Positions 1-9,906 are shown, counted from the stretch's first letter. The stretch: 64,000 nucleotides of DNA from an uncultured Croceicoccus sp. (GCF_947496385.1 NZ_CANMCP010000002.1:229035-293034); one strand, 5' to 3'. Numbers and translations are program-made. The notes: generated by a model from the sequence alone, not told the origin.

Positions 1-418
1 GCCGGTCGTGACACGGCGCTGCGTCGCCGATGCGCTCAACCTTGATCGCGCGCGTACCATCGTGACCGAAGCGGCTGAACAATGCGCGCGCACCGCCCTG
101 CCCGAACTGTGCGAGCCGGTGCCGCTCGCCGCGTTGCTGCGCGACTGGGCCGATGACCGGGCGTTGTATTTCGCGGATGAAACGGGCGGAGCCGCGGCGG
201 CGGCCGAATTTGCGCGCGGCCCGCGAACCGTCGCCCTGCTGACCGGGCCGGAGGGCGGCTTCGACGATGCCGAACGCGATGCGATCCGGGCCGTAGAGCC
301 TGCGCGCGCGATCACGCTCGGCCCCCGTATCCTGCGCGGGGAAACCGCGACCTTTGCCGCGACGGCGCTGTGGATGGGGATTGCGGGCGACTGGGCGGCG
401 GACACGCCTGTTCCATAA
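1..418 (+). CDS. rsmE: 16S rRNA (uracil1498-N3)-methyltransferase RsmE, C-terminal part; the 5' end lies outside the window
   Basis: ORF 8..418 stays open to the window edge. It carries C-terminal motifs LLTGPEGGF and LGPRILRGETA, typical of RsmE. Confidence 0.8.
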   Translation, partial: PVVTRRCVADALNLDRARTIVTEAAEQCARTALPELCEPVPLAALLRDWADDRALYFADETGGAAAAAEFARGPRTVALLTGPEGGFDDAERDAIRAVEPARAITLGPRILRGETATFAATALWMGIAGDWAADTPVP

Positions 419-462
419 AATTGCGCTGGCATCGCGGGGCGCGGCGTCCTAACGCGCAGGGC

Positions 463-1836
463 ATGAGTACGCGCAAAACCTCTGCCCAAGCCGCGCCGGT
501 CATCGAGAGCCGCGACGCCCTGACCCGCCCGATGGCCGACGGGGAAAAGCCACCCGAAAACTGGCGCATCGGCACCGAACACGAAAAGCTGGTGTACAAA
601 CGCGGCGATCACCACGCGCCCAGCTATGACGAGCCGGGCGGCATTCGCGACATCCTCATAGGGCTTACCGAATTCGGATGGTCGCCGGTGGAGGAGAACG
701 GCAAGGTCATCGCCATGTCCGGCCCCGACGGCACGGTCAGCCTGGAACCTGCGGGACAGCTCGAACTGTCGGGCGCGCCGCTTGAAAACCTGCACGAAAC
801 CTGCGCCGAAACCGGGCGGCATCTCGAACAGGTGAAGGCGATCGGCGAGCGTTTCGGTGTGGGTTTCCTCGGCGCCGGCATGTGGCCGGACAAGACGCGC
901 GAGGAACTCCCCATGATGCCGAAGGGGCGGTACGACATCATGCGCCGCCACATGCCGCGCGTCGGCAATCTCGGTCTCGACATGATGCTGCGCACCTGCA
1001 CGATACAGGTGAACCTCGATTACGAGAGCGAGGCCGACATGGTGGCCAAGTTCCGCGTCGGGCTCGCGCTCCAACCGCTGGCGACCGCATTGTTCGCCAA
1101 TTCGCCGTTTCTGGAGGGCAAGCCGAACGGGTTCCTGTCCTATCGCAGCCATATCTGGTCCGACACCGATCCGCACCGCACCGGGATGCTACCCTTCGTG
1201 TTCGAGGATGGCTTCGGGTACGAACGCTATGCCGATTACATGCTCGACGTGCCGATGTATTTCGTGTTTCGCGACGGGAAATATATCGACGCGGCGGGCC
1301 ATTCGTTTCGCGATTTCCTCGACGGCAAGCTGTCCGTCCTGCCCGGCGAAAAACCGACCGCCGCCGATTGGGAGGACCACATGTCCACCGCCTTTCCCGA
1401 GGTGCGGCTGAAAAGCTTCCTCGAAATGCGGGGGGCCGACGGGGGGCCGTGGAACCGCATCTGCGCGCTTCCGGCGCTTTGGGTGGGGCTGCTTTACGAC
1501 CGGACCGCGCTCGCCGCGGCGTGGGATCTGGTCAAGGGCTGGACCATGGCCGAGCGCGAGGAACTGCGCGACGCGGTGCCGAAAATGGGGCTCACCGCGC
1601 CCTTGCCGGGCGGCGGCACGCTGCGCGACATCGCGGGCGAGGTGCTGTCCATCGCGAGGGCCGGATTGTCCGCGCGCGACCGCCGCAATGCGAGCGGGGA
1701 CAACGAAACCGGCTTCCTCGAACCGCTGGACGAGGTGGTGCGCAGCGGCAAGACGCTCGCCGACAAATGCCTCGACCTGTATCACGGCGAATGGAACGGC
1801 GACGTGTCGCGCATCTACGGCGCGAAGAGCTTCTGA
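463..1836 (+). CDS. gshA: glutamate--cysteine ligase, plant/alphaproteobacterial type (GCS2 family)
   Basis: Part of ORF 370..1836. ATG at 463 (MSTRKTS...) lies after the rsmE stop. GTEHEKLVY and the full-length pattern match gamma-glutamylcysteine synthetase type 2. Confidence 0.9.
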   Translation: MSTRKTSAQAAPVIESRDALTRPMADGEKPPENWRIGTEHEKLVYKRGDHHAPSYDEPGGIRDILIGLTEFGWSPVEENGKVIAMSGPDGTVSLEPAGQLELSGAPLENLHETCAETGRHLEQVKAIGERFGVGFLGAGMWPDKTREELPMMPKGRYDIMRRHMPRVGNLGLDMMLRTCTIQVNLDYESEADMVAKFRVGLALQPLATALFANSPFLEGKPNGFLSYRSHIWSDTDPHRTGMLPFVFEDGFGYERYADYMLDVPMYFVFRDGKYIDAAGHSFRDFLDGKLSVLPGEKPTAADWEDHMSTAFPEVRLKSFLEMRGADGGPWNRICALPALWVGLLYDRTALAAAWDLVKGWTMAEREELRDAVPKMGLTAPLPGGGTLRDIAGEVLSIARAGLSARDRRNASGDNETGFLEPLDEVVRSGKTLADKCLDLYHGEWNGDVSRIYGAKSF

Positions 1837-1842
1837 TCATGG

Positions 1843-1869
1843 CGCGTCCGGCGCCACAAGCCGGACGCG
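1843..1869. terminator. hairpin between convergent gshA and bamB (10-bp perfect stem cgcgtccggc/gccggacgcg, 7-nt loop)
   Basis: Stem read directly from the sequence. There is no clear T-run, so function as a terminator is tentative. Confidence 0.4.
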
Positions 1870-1878
1870 GACCATGGC

Positions 1879-3252
1879 TTAGCGAAAGGCGGTGATCCGC
1901 CCGCTTTCGTCCAGCACGTAAAGCGTATTGTTCGCGACCACCGGGGCCAGCGATACGCCGGCGTTGAGTTCCGCCACCATGTTCGCCTCGCCACCGGCGG
2001 CATTCACCGCCCAAAGCTCGCCGCGCGAATTCGCGACCCAGAGCCGCTCCCCCGCAAGCACCGGCCCGGACCAGAAGATCTCGCCTTCCTTGTTCTTCGG
2101 CTTGCGATAATGGGCAAGCTGCGCGATCCAGCGGACCTTGCCGGTCGCGCGGCTGATCGCCAGCATCCGCGCATCGTCGGTAAGCGTGAAGATCCAGTCG
2201 CCCGCAACCGCAGGCGTCGAAATCCCGGCGAGGTTGAGTTCCCAGATCCGCTGCCCGGTAACCAGCTCGTAAGCCGCCATGCGCCCACCCTGACCCAGCG
2301 CATAGACGCGGCCCGAATCGATGATCGGATCGGCGTCAATGTCGGTCAGCGTGCCGACGGATGTCGAAATGCTGGTCCGCGAAAGCGCGTCGGCCCAGAG
2401 GTTGCGCCCGTTTTCATAGCGATAGGCGATCAACTCGCCGGAGGAATAGCCCGCGATCACCGTGCCCTGCCCCGCCGCGGGCGCCGCCACGCCGAACACG
2501 CCCGACTGACCCGAAGAGCCCGCCTCGGTCCAGTTCTGAGACCCGTCCTGCGAATCCAGCGCATAGATGCGGTTGTCCTGCGTCATCACGAACACCTCGC
2601 CGAATGCGAGCGTGGGCGCCCCGCGCAACGGCGAGTTCAGGTTCACGCGCCAGATTTCGGCCCCCGTCTGCGCGTCGAGCGCGGCAACCTCGCCAAGGCC
2701 CGTGGTCGCATAGACGCGCCCGTCGCCATAGCTGACCCCGCCGCCGAACAGCGAATTGCTGCCCGCGCCTTCGGATTCGAGCGAATGCTGCCACAGGCGC
2801 GCGCCGGTGTCCGCATCGAACGCCTGCACCGTTCCCGCGGTGTCATAGACGAACATCATGCCATTGCCGATGACCGGCGACGCGGCCAGCCGGCGGCGCG
2901 TATTGCCCCCGGCGATATCGACCGACCAGGCCCTGCTCGGCGAAGCGGACAGCGCGAGATGGCCATAGCTTTTCGAGGCAGACCCGCCCGCCTGCGCCCA
3001 TTCGGCGTTCACCTGCTGCGCCGGGAGCACGACCGGCACGTTGGCCAGCGCCGGGTCCACCTTCGCGCCGCTCTCGATCTTGGACAGGATCGGGGTGCGA
3101 TTGCCGACCGTCGGCGTGGTTTCGGGGTCCCCCTTGTCAAAAACGCTGCACGCGCCGAGCGAGACGGCAAGCACGGCCATCGCCGCACCGCGCAGGAAAC
3201 CTGCGCCGCGCCGGCGGGTCGATGTCGGAAAATATGTGTTCAAAACCTGCAT
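1879..3252 (-). CDS. bamB: outer membrane protein assembly factor BamB (PQQ-like beta-propeller lipoprotein)
   Basis: 457-aa ORF with lipobox SLGAC and repeated PQQ-like beta-propeller blades. It sits directly downstream of a YfgM-like gene, the usual arrangement. Confidence 0.85.
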   Translation of the reverse strand: MQVLNTYFPTSTRRRGAGFLRGAAMAVLAVSLGACSVFDKGDPETTPTVGNRTPILSKIESGAKVDPALANVPVVLPAQQVNAEWAQAGGSASKSYGHLALSASPSRAWSVDIAGGNTRRRLAASPVIGNGMMFVYDTAGTVQAFDADTGARLWQHSLESEGAGSNSLFGGGVSYGDGRVYATTGLGEVAALDAQTGAEIWRVNLNSPLRGAPTLAFGEVFVMTQDNRIYALDSQDGSQNWTEAGSSGQSGVFGVAAPAAGQGTVIAGYSSGELIAYRYENGRNLWADALSRTSISTSVGTLTDIDADPIIDSGRVYALGQGGRMAAYELVTGQRIWELNLAGISTPAVAGDWIFTLTDDARMLAISRATGKVRWIAQLAHYRKPKNKEGEIFWSGPVLAGERLWVANSRGELWAVNAAGGEANMVAELNAGVSLAPVVANNTLYVLDESGRITAFR

Positions 3253-3261
3253 CCGATCCTC

Positions 3262-4047
3262 TTACGGCCGCGGCCTTGCGGCGCTGCCTTGTATGATATC
3301 CTCGACGACCTGCTGCGGATCGTCGACCGCGTCGGTGCCCAGCACGCCGGCCATCTGTCGCGCACGGGCGCGCAGCGATTGCGGCACGTCGTCCTCACGC
3401 GCGATCTGCGCGAACATGGCGCCGGCCTCGTCCTCGTTGCCCTGCTTGATCTGTGCCATGGCGACCAGCTCGCCCGCGCTGCCGAAAAACGGATTGCCGG
3501 GCGCCGCGATCGGGCCTAGCCGCGCGATCACATCGGCCGGTTCCATCGCGTCGAAATTGGCCGAAACCGCCCTTAGCCGCGCAAGATCGCGCAAGGCTTC
3601 GGGCGCATCGGCATCGTCGGCGACCAGATCGAACAGCCGCGTCGCCTCCGCCGCATCGCCCTGCTCAAGCGCGATGCCCGCCGCCGCCATGCGGGCAGGC
3701 GCGCGGTAGCCCGCAATGTCGGACTCCAGCAACGGGGCAAGCCGCTCGCTCGCCTCGTCGAGCCGATTCGCATCGATGCGGTCCATCGCGAGCGTCAGTT
3801 CGACAGCATCGGCCTCCGCCTCCGCGACTTGGCGCCCGTGCCACCAGACATAGCCGCCCAGCCCGATAATCACCAGGACCGCGACGATGAGCGCCGGCAC
3901 GCCGTAGCGGCGCATCGCACTCTGCATCCGGTCCTGCCGCACGGCTTCGTCCACCTCGCGGCGGAACACGTCTTCCTGCGCCTTTTCTTGGCGGGCGAGG
4001 GCCTGCTGCCGGTCTTCGGGGGTTTTCGGGCGAAGCGCCAAGTTCAT
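3262..4047 (-). CDS. membrane-anchored TPR-like protein, YfgM family
   Basis: 261-aa ORF with one N-terminal TM helix (ALIVAVLVIIGLGGYVWW) followed by an Ala/Leu-rich helical repeat region. It has the conserved position upstream of bamB. Confidence 0.65.
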   Translation of the reverse strand: MNLALRPKTPEDRQQALARQEKAQEDVFRREVDEAVRQDRMQSAMRRYGVPALIVAVLVIIGLGGYVWWHGRQVAEAEADAVELTLAMDRIDANRLDEASERLAPLLESDIAGYRAPARMAAAGIALEQGDAAEATRLFDLVADDADAPEALRDLARLRAVSANFDAMEPADVIARLGPIAAPGNPFFGSAGELVAMAQIKQGNEDEAGAMFAQIAREDDVPQSLRARARQMAGVLGTDAVDDPQQVVEDIIQGSAARPRP

Positions 4048-4193
4048 TGCCTTTCATGCGGTCGGTTCGCGCGGGGTCTAGGCGGCGCGACAGGGCTTTT
4101 CAATCGCCAATCCCTCTCGCCCATCCGGCCCCTGCATAGAGCGCTTAGCCCCTGAACCCGCGATGAAAGGGCAAACCGCCTCCCCGGCGCCCC

Positions 4194-5288
4194 TCAATCG
4201 AGATGCGGGATGTCGAGCAGCCCGGCGATCAGCGCGTGATACCCCGCGGGATCGGCGCGTTCCTTGGCATAAGACGCATTGGCCACCCCTGCCTCCGCCG
4301 CATTGTCGCCCGCGACCATACGGAACAGCGCATCGCGCAGGCCGTCGGCATCCTTTGCCCCGACAAGGCCGAACCGGCTTTCAGGCGGCAGCAGTTCGGA
4401 CAAGGCACGCGGCCCGCGCACGATTACCGCGGAACCGGCCGCCATCGCCTCGGCCATGCCCACCGGCACCCCGCCGTCCGACGCGCACAGGACGACGTCG
4501 TAAAGGCCAGCGAAATCGGACGGCCCTGTAACCCTGTCGGTGGTCAGCACGCGGTCCTGCATCGCATCGGCCTCCGCCCGCGCGACGAGCGGTGCCGTTT
4601 CCTCGCGCCTCCCGAACAGCACCAGCCGCCAGTGATCCGCCATTTGCGGCAGCGCCCCCAGCACCGCATCGGCCACCGGTGCGACATCGCATGCCCGCGC
4701 CGCGATCCACCGTTCCGCCCCCCGCTTTACCAGCCGGGGCATCGCATCGGGACGCGGTTTCGCGCGCGGTGCCGACGGGAACAGCGGAGGCAGGATCTGC
4801 AAACTGCCCGCAGGGGGCGACCAGGCACGCGCGAATTCGGCCGCGCTGTCCATGGTCGGCACCACGATCGCGGGCGTTCTGGCAAAGGCGAGGCGTCGGC
4901 GAAAATCATGCAGCATCCCGCCGGCGAACCCGGCCACCCCGTCGTGCAGATGGAGCAGCGGCGGCAGGCCCAGCTGCCCTGCGAAAAACGTATGCGCCAT
5001 CACCGGGTTCAACGCCCGGTCGCCATGCGTCACCACGAGATCGTAGCCGCGCATCGCCCGCGCCATCCGCGACAGCCGGCCCAGCCCCGCAACGCCCGAA
5101 AGCACAGGGAAATCAGGGCGGTAAAGCTGCAGCCTCGACGCCGTATCGTCATCGGCGAAAGGCGAATGGTTCTGCATCTTGGGCGGGAGGCCGCGGATCA
5201 GCCGCGCCGACCATGCCATCGCATCGGCATCGATACCGAGGTGCAGCAGCTTGCGCACCTTGAACACCTTGATCTTCTTCTTCGCCAT
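4194..5288 (-). CDS. glycosyltransferase (GT-B fold, GT4-like)
   Basis: ATG at 5288 (MAKKKIKVFKV...) inside ORF 4194..5564. The C-terminal PVGMAEAMAAGSAVIV segment resembles the GT1/GT4 donor-binding motif. Confidence 0.6.
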   Translation of the reverse strand: MAKKKIKVFKVRKLLHLGIDADAMAWSARLIRGLPPKMQNHSPFADDDTASRLQLYRPDFPVLSGVAGLGRLSRMARAMRGYDLVVTHGDRALNPVMAHTFFAGQLGLPPLLHLHDGVAGFAGGMLHDFRRRLAFARTPAIVVPTMDSAAEFARAWSPPAGSLQILPPLFPSAPRAKPRPDAMPRLVKRGAERWIAARACDVAPVADAVLGALPQMADHWRLVLFGRREETAPLVARAEADAMQDRVLTTDRVTGPSDFAGLYDVVLCASDGGVPVGMAEAMAAGSAVIVRGPRALSELLPPESRFGLVGAKDADGLRDALFRMVAGDNAAEAGVANASYAKERADPAGYHALIAGLLDIPHLD

Positions 5289-5295
5289 GACAGGA

Positions 5296-6282
5296 TCAGC
5301 CCGTTCGTTGCAGCAGCGCGGCGATGGCCTCGCGCGACTGCGGTTCGTCGAGCGTGGGCGCATGGCCGGTTCGCGGCACGGTGACAAGCGCAACCTCAGC
5401 CCCGCGCCCGGCCATCTTCGCGGCGGTGGCGGGCGAAAGCAGGTCCGAATTCTCCCCGCGCAGCACGAGGACGGGCCGCCCCGAAAGCGCGTCGAATCCG
5501 GGCCAGAGCGAAACGGGCGCCGGCGCGTCATCCTCCGACCGGTCATCGTCGCGGGCAAAAGCATCGGCGATGCGGGAATCGTAATCGAACCCGATCCGCC
5601 CGTTATTGCCCATCACCATCAACCGTTTCGCATGGGCCAGCCATTCGTCGAGGCCCCAGTCGGGATAGCATTCGCCCTGGCTTTCCTGCAACGCGCGGGC
5701 CGCGTGCATCCATGTCGGATAATTGCGCCCCTGCCCGACATATCCGGCGATGCGGTCGAGTCCGGCCTGTTCGATCTCCGGGCCGATATCGTTGAGCACG
5801 GCGCCCGCGACCTGCTCCGGGTGGCTCAGCGCGTAAAGCATGGTCACGATCCCGCCGAGCGAGGTGCCGATGAATACCGCACGCGCGATGCCTTCCTGCG
5901 CGAACAGTCCGGCGATGTCCTGCGCATAGGTGACGGGGGTATAGCTCGCCGCATCGCGCGGTTGTTCGCTCAATCCCCGGCCGCGCAATTCGGCGACGAG
6001 CACGCGGCGCTCCTGCGCAAGCGTTTCGGCAAGCGATTCGAAATCGCGCGCATTGCGGGTCAGCCCCGGAATGCACAGCGCAGGCAGCGCGTCCGATCCC
6101 TCCGGCCCCTCGTAATCGCGGTAATGGAGTTGCAGGCCGTCATCGCTTTCCCAGAACCTGTCGATATAGGGCGCGGCCCTGCCCGCATCGCTCGCCGGGT
6201 CGGTCTGGGTTTCGCGTGTGTCGCGCGGTGTGTCGGTCAAAGTCGTATCCTGATCGTCGTGGGCGGGGCCATGGGCAGCCAT
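5296..6282 (-). CDS. alpha/beta hydrolase
   Basis: ATG at 6282 (MAAHGPAH...) inside ORF 5296..6711. It has the nucleophile elbow GTSLGG and C-terminal GHAPTLDEP typical of the fold. Confidence 0.8.
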   Translation of the reverse strand: MAAHGPAHDDQDTTLTDTPRDTRETQTDPASDAGRAAPYIDRFWESDDGLQLHYRDYEGPEGSDALPALCIPGLTRNARDFESLAETLAQERRVLVAELRGRGLSEQPRDAASYTPVTYAQDIAGLFAQEGIARAVFIGTSLGGIVTMLYALSHPEQVAGAVLNDIGPEIEQAGLDRIAGYVGQGRNYPTWMHAARALQESQGECYPDWGLDEWLAHAKRLMVMGNNGRIGFDYDSRIADAFARDDDRSEDDAPAPVSLWPGFDALSGRPVLVLRGENSDLLSPATAAKMAGRGAEVALVTVPRTGHAPTLDEPQSREAIAALLQRTG

Positions 6283-6344
6283 GCGTTTAGCGTGCCTTTC
6301 TCCAAAAGAGAATTGCACGATGGCGGGCACGTCCCCACTATCGC

Positions 6345-7754
6345 GTGATGCAAGGCGATCCGCAAACAGCCCGCTATCGGCCCGAAACGCCGATCCTGTC
6401 CATCGCATCGTGGATTGCCGACCCGGTCGAGGCGGCGAGATTTCCGGCGCATACCCTGCGCTTCCGTAACGACCGCGCGGCGCGGGAGGTGGGTCTTGCC
6501 GATATGTCCGACGCGGACTGGATCGCGCATTTCGGGCGGTTCGAATCGCTTGCCGACAATCTCTCGTCGCCGCTCGCGCTGCGCTATCACGGGCATCAGT
6601 TTCGCAATTACAATCCGGACATCGGCGACGGGCGCGGCTTCCTGTTTGGACAGATGCGCGACGGCGGCGGCCGGTTGATGGACCTTGGCACGAAGGGATC
6701 GGGACAGACACCCCATAGCCGGTTCGGCGACGGACGACTCACGTGCAAGGGCGCGGTGCGCGAAATCCTCGCGACCGAGATGCTGGAGGCGCTGGGCGTC
6801 CACACCTCGCGCACGTTTTCGGTGATCGAGACGGGCGAGAGTCTCGAACGCGGCGACGAACCCTCGCCCACGCGCAGTGCGGTAATGGTGCGGCTCAGCC
6901 ACGGCCATATCCGCATCGGCAGTTTCCAGCGGCTCGCCTTCCTGCGCGAGGACGACCATCTGCGCGCCCTCACCGAATATGCGCTCACCCACTATCCCGG
7001 CCCGCCCCCGCCCGGGGACGCACCGGGTCGCGACGATCCGGCGGTTCGACTGGTGCATCTCGTCGTCGAACGACTCGCGGATCAGGCCGCGTCCTATGCC
7101 GTGGCGGGTTTCGTGCATGGCGTGCTCAACACCGACAACATGAATGTGTCGGGCGAAAGTTTCGATTACGGGCCGTGGCGCTTCCTGCCGCAATGGGATG
7201 CTGCGTTCACCGCCGCCTATTTCGACAGGGAGGGGCTTTACGCCTTCGGGCGGCAGGGCGATGCGCTCCACTGGAACTGTGCGCAGCTGGCCATCGCGCT
7301 GCGCCCCATATGCGAGGCGGAGCCACTCATCGCCGCGCTCGACCGCTATGCCGCATTGTTCACCGCCGCGGTCCGGCGCCGGTTTGCCTGGCGGCTCGGC
7401 GTTCGTGATTGCGATGACGACACCGCCGCCGCACTGGTGAGCGAAGGCGAAAAGGCCATGCGCGCGACCGGCATGCAGCCCGATGCGTTCTTCCACGCCG
7501 CGCGGACGAACAGGCTCCCCGCCGATGCCGCCGATTTTGCCGCGGTGCTGTCCGGAACCGACAGGGTGACCGATACGCACCCCTACTGGTCGGAGGAGAC
7601 GGCGCAATCCATGCTGATCGAGGAGGTCGAGGCCATCTGGGCCGCGATCGACCGGGACGACGACTGGACCCCTCTCCATGCAAAGGTCGAGGCCGTGCGC
7701 CGCATGGGCGATGCGCATGGCGATGCGCCCCGCCCCGCCGGACAGCCGCAATGA
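6345..7754 (+). CDS. selO: protein adenylyltransferase SelO (YdiU/UPF0061)
   Basis: 469-aa ORF. LRYHGHQFRNYNPDIGDGRGFLFG, GTKGSGQTP and HGVLNTDNM are SelO pseudokinase-fold hallmarks. The start is GTG 6345 or the adjacent ATG 6348. Confidence 0.85.
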   Translation: MMQGDPQTARYRPETPILSIASWIADPVEAARFPAHTLRFRNDRAAREVGLADMSDADWIAHFGRFESLADNLSSPLALRYHGHQFRNYNPDIGDGRGFLFGQMRDGGGRLMDLGTKGSGQTPHSRFGDGRLTCKGAVREILATEMLEALGVHTSRTFSVIETGESLERGDEPSPTRSAVMVRLSHGHIRIGSFQRLAFLREDDHLRALTEYALTHYPGPPPPGDAPGRDDPAVRLVHLVVERLADQAASYAVAGFVHGVLNTDNMNVSGESFDYGPWRFLPQWDAAFTAAYFDREGLYAFGRQGDALHWNCAQLAIALRPICEAEPLIAALDRYAALFTAAVRRRFAWRLGVRDCDDDTAAALVSEGEKAMRATGMQPDAFFHAARTNRLPADAADFAAVLSGTDRVTDTHPYWSEETAQSMLIEEVEAIWAAIDRDDDWTPLHAKVEAVRRMGDAHGDAPRPAGQPQ

Positions 7755-7849
7755 TGGGCGTGCAATTCGGCGCGCCATGCCCATATGGATGCACCTGAAA
7801 CCAGTTTACGCCCGTGACGAACGGGCCTGCGATAAAAAGAGGATTGCAC

Positions 7850-9253
7850 GTGACCGCCCCCATCGTTTCGACCGAACCCGCCACCGACGAAGAAATCGCC
7901 CGCATCGCCATCGGCGATGTCGATGCGGCACTGACCCGTGCGCGCAATGCCTTTCCCGATTGGGCCGCGCGGGGCACCGATGCGCGGATCGCGATCCTGC
8001 GCCGCTTTGCCGATGAGGTGCGCGACGATGCGGAGGATTTCGCAATGCTCATCGCGCGCGAGACGGGAAAGCCGTTCTGGGAAGCGAAGACCGAGGTGTC
8101 GGCCGTCGTCGCCAAGGTCGAGATTTCGGTAAAGGCGCACGAGGAACGCACCGGCACGCGCGCGCTGGACGGGGCGGCGACAGGCGCGCTGCGGCATAAA
8201 CCGCATGGCGTGATGGCGGTGCTCGGCCCCTATAATTTCCCGGCGCATCTGCCCAATGGCCATATCGTGCCGGCGTTGATCGCGGGGAATGTCGTGATCT
8301 TCAAACCGTCGGAAAAAACTCCCGCGGTGGGCCAGCGGCTCGTCGAATATTATCACCGCGCAGGCGTGCCCACCGATGTCGTGCAATTTCTGCCCGGCGG
8401 GGCGGAGGAAGGCCGCGCGCTTACCGGCGATGCCCGCATCGACGGGGTGCTGTTCACCGGGTCGTCCACCACCGGCATCGCCATCAACAAGGCGCTGGCC
8501 GACCGGCCCGGCATCATCACCGCGCTCGAAATGGGGGGCAACAATCCGCTGATCGTTTGGGACACCGACGATCTCGACGCGGCTGCGACGATCATCGTGC
8601 AATCGGCCTATACCACGGCGGGACAGCGGTGCACCGCGGCGCGGCGGCTGATCGTGCGGGACGATCTGCACGATGCATTGATGGAGCGGCTGCTGCCGAT
8701 GGTGGACCGCATCATCGTCGGCGCCCCGTTTGACGAGCCGCAGCCTTTCATGGGGCCGGTCATCGACAATCATGCCGCAGACGGGCTGATCTCCGCCTAT
8801 GATGCGCTGGTGGCGAAGGGGGCGCGCGTCGTGTGTCCGCTCTGCCGGGTGGCGGAGGGCAAGCCGATGCTGACCCCCGCCATTCTCGATGTGACCGATG
8901 TGGCCGACCGGCCCGACGACGAATTGTTCGGCCCGCTGCTGCAGATCATTCGCGTCGCCGATCTCGATGCCGCGATCAATGCGGCGAACGACACCGCCTA
9001 CGGGCTTTCGGCGTCGCTGGTCGGGGGGAGCCGGGCGGATTACGAACGGTTCTGGCAATTGTCGCGCGCGGGGATCGTGAACTGGAACAAGCCGACGAAT
9101 GGCGCATCCTCCGCCGCGCCGTTCGGCGGCACCGGGCTTTCGGGCAATCATCGGCCCGGCGCCTATTACGCGGCGGATTACTGCTCCTATCCCGTCACCA
9201 GCACCGAGGCCGACACCCCCGAGGCCGCGATTCCCGTCGGGCTGAAGGACTAA
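7850..9253 (+). CDS. astD: succinylglutamate-semialdehyde dehydrogenase-like aldehyde dehydrogenase (AstD family)
   Basis: ORF 7814..9253. GPYNFPAHLPNGHIVPALIAGN, EMGGNNP and GIVNWNKPTNGASSAAPFGGTGLSGNHRP match AstD closely. GTG 7850 is preferred because AAGAGGA lies 6-7 nt upstream; GTG 7814 is the alternative. Confidence 0.8.
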   Translation: MTAPIVSTEPATDEEIARIAIGDVDAALTRARNAFPDWAARGTDARIAILRRFADEVRDDAEDFAMLIARETGKPFWEAKTEVSAVVAKVEISVKAHEERTGTRALDGAATGALRHKPHGVMAVLGPYNFPAHLPNGHIVPALIAGNVVIFKPSEKTPAVGQRLVEYYHRAGVPTDVVQFLPGGAEEGRALTGDARIDGVLFTGSSTTGIAINKALADRPGIITALEMGGNNPLIVWDTDDLDAAATIIVQSAYTTAGQRCTAARRLIVRDDLHDALMERLLPMVDRIIVGAPFDEPQPFMGPVIDNHAADGLISAYDALVAKGARVVCPLCRVAEGKPMLTPAILDVTDVADRPDDELFGPLLQIIRVADLDAAINAANDTAYGLSASLVGGSRADYERFWQLSRAGIVNWNKPTNGASSAAPFGGTGLSGNHRPGAYYAADYCSYPVTSTEADTPEAAIPVGLKD

Positions 9254-9268
9254 GGCCGCACACGAAAA

Positions 9269-9301
9269 GACGCCGCGCCCCGAAGGGGAAGGCGCGGCGT
9301 C
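9269..9301. terminator. intrinsic terminator hairpin between convergent astD and the glycine-zipper gene
   Basis: Perfect 11-bp stem gacgccgcgcc/ggcgcggcgtc with an 11-nt loop. An A-run upstream gives a T-run on the minus strand. Confidence 0.6.
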
Positions 9302-9341
9302 TCCTCATCCGACCCGTAGGGCCGAAACGATGAAATCGTAA

Positions 9342-9833
9342 TTAGCGGCAGCGCGAATTGCTGCGGTCGATCTCGCGGCCGAGCAGCGCACCGCCGGCGG
9401 CCCCCAGGATCGCGCCGAGCGTGCGGTCACCGCGCCCTGCAATCTCGTTGCCGATCAACCCGCCGACCGCGCCGCCGATCAGCAGGCCGGTCGTGCCGTT
9501 TTCCTTGCGGCAATACACGCGGCCATCGTCACCGCGCCACACGCGGGTATCGCGGCGCACCGGCTCGCCATAGCTGCGATAGCGATCGTCATAGCGGCGA
9601 TCGTCATAGCGGCGGTCGTCGTACCGACCGAAACGGCCATTGTTCCACCGGTCGCGGCGGTCCTTGCGGTGCTGCACGGCTTCGTCGGCGGCGCCAGGCA
9701 ATGCGTACTGGCTCACGACCTCGGCACTCGCATGGGTGGGGAAGGTCGCGGCCTGCGCGGCGGGCGCGGACAGTGCGACGGCCGGGATGGCGGCGGCCAG
9801 TGCGACATTGCGGAACATTGCGATGCGGGTCAT
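9342..9833 (-). CDS. glycine-zipper 2TM domain protein (17-kDa surface-antigen-like), secreted
   Basis: ATG 9833 has GGAGAA 6 nt upstream, inside ORF 9342..9914. It has a signal peptide (AVALSAPAAQA) and a C-terminal GLLIGGAVGGLIGNEIAG...GAILGAAGGALLG glycine zipper. Confidence 0.75.
   Translation of the reverse strand: MTRIAMFRNVALAAAIPAVALSAPAAQAATFPTHASAEVVSQYALPGAADEAVQHRKDRRDRWNNGRFGRYDDRRYDDRRYDDRYRSYGEPVRRDTRVWRGDDGRVYCRKENGTTGLLIGGAVGGLIGNEIAGRGDRTLGAILGAAGGALLGREIDRSNSRCR
9575..9628 (-). repeat. three tandem ~15-nt units encoding (RYDDR)3 inside the glycine-zipper gene
   Basis: gcgatcgtcatagcg / gcgatcgtcatagcg / gcggtcgtcgtaccg, read directly. The protein reads GRYDDRRYDDRRYDDRYRSYG. 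Confidence 0.7.
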
Positions 9834-9906
9834 GCGATTCTCCATTCTTTCCGGACTTCCGGGCAAGTGACGGGATAGCCTTGCCGGTTCCGACTGCTCA
9901 TTTGGC

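Noticed and set aside
9866-9891. GGAAC (-35-like) upstream of the glycine-zipper gene, as a possible second EcfG promoter
   Set aside because: No CGTT lies at a 16-17-nt spacing. The best match is CGTC after 14 nt, so it does not meet the consensus, unlike the site at 34796-34821.
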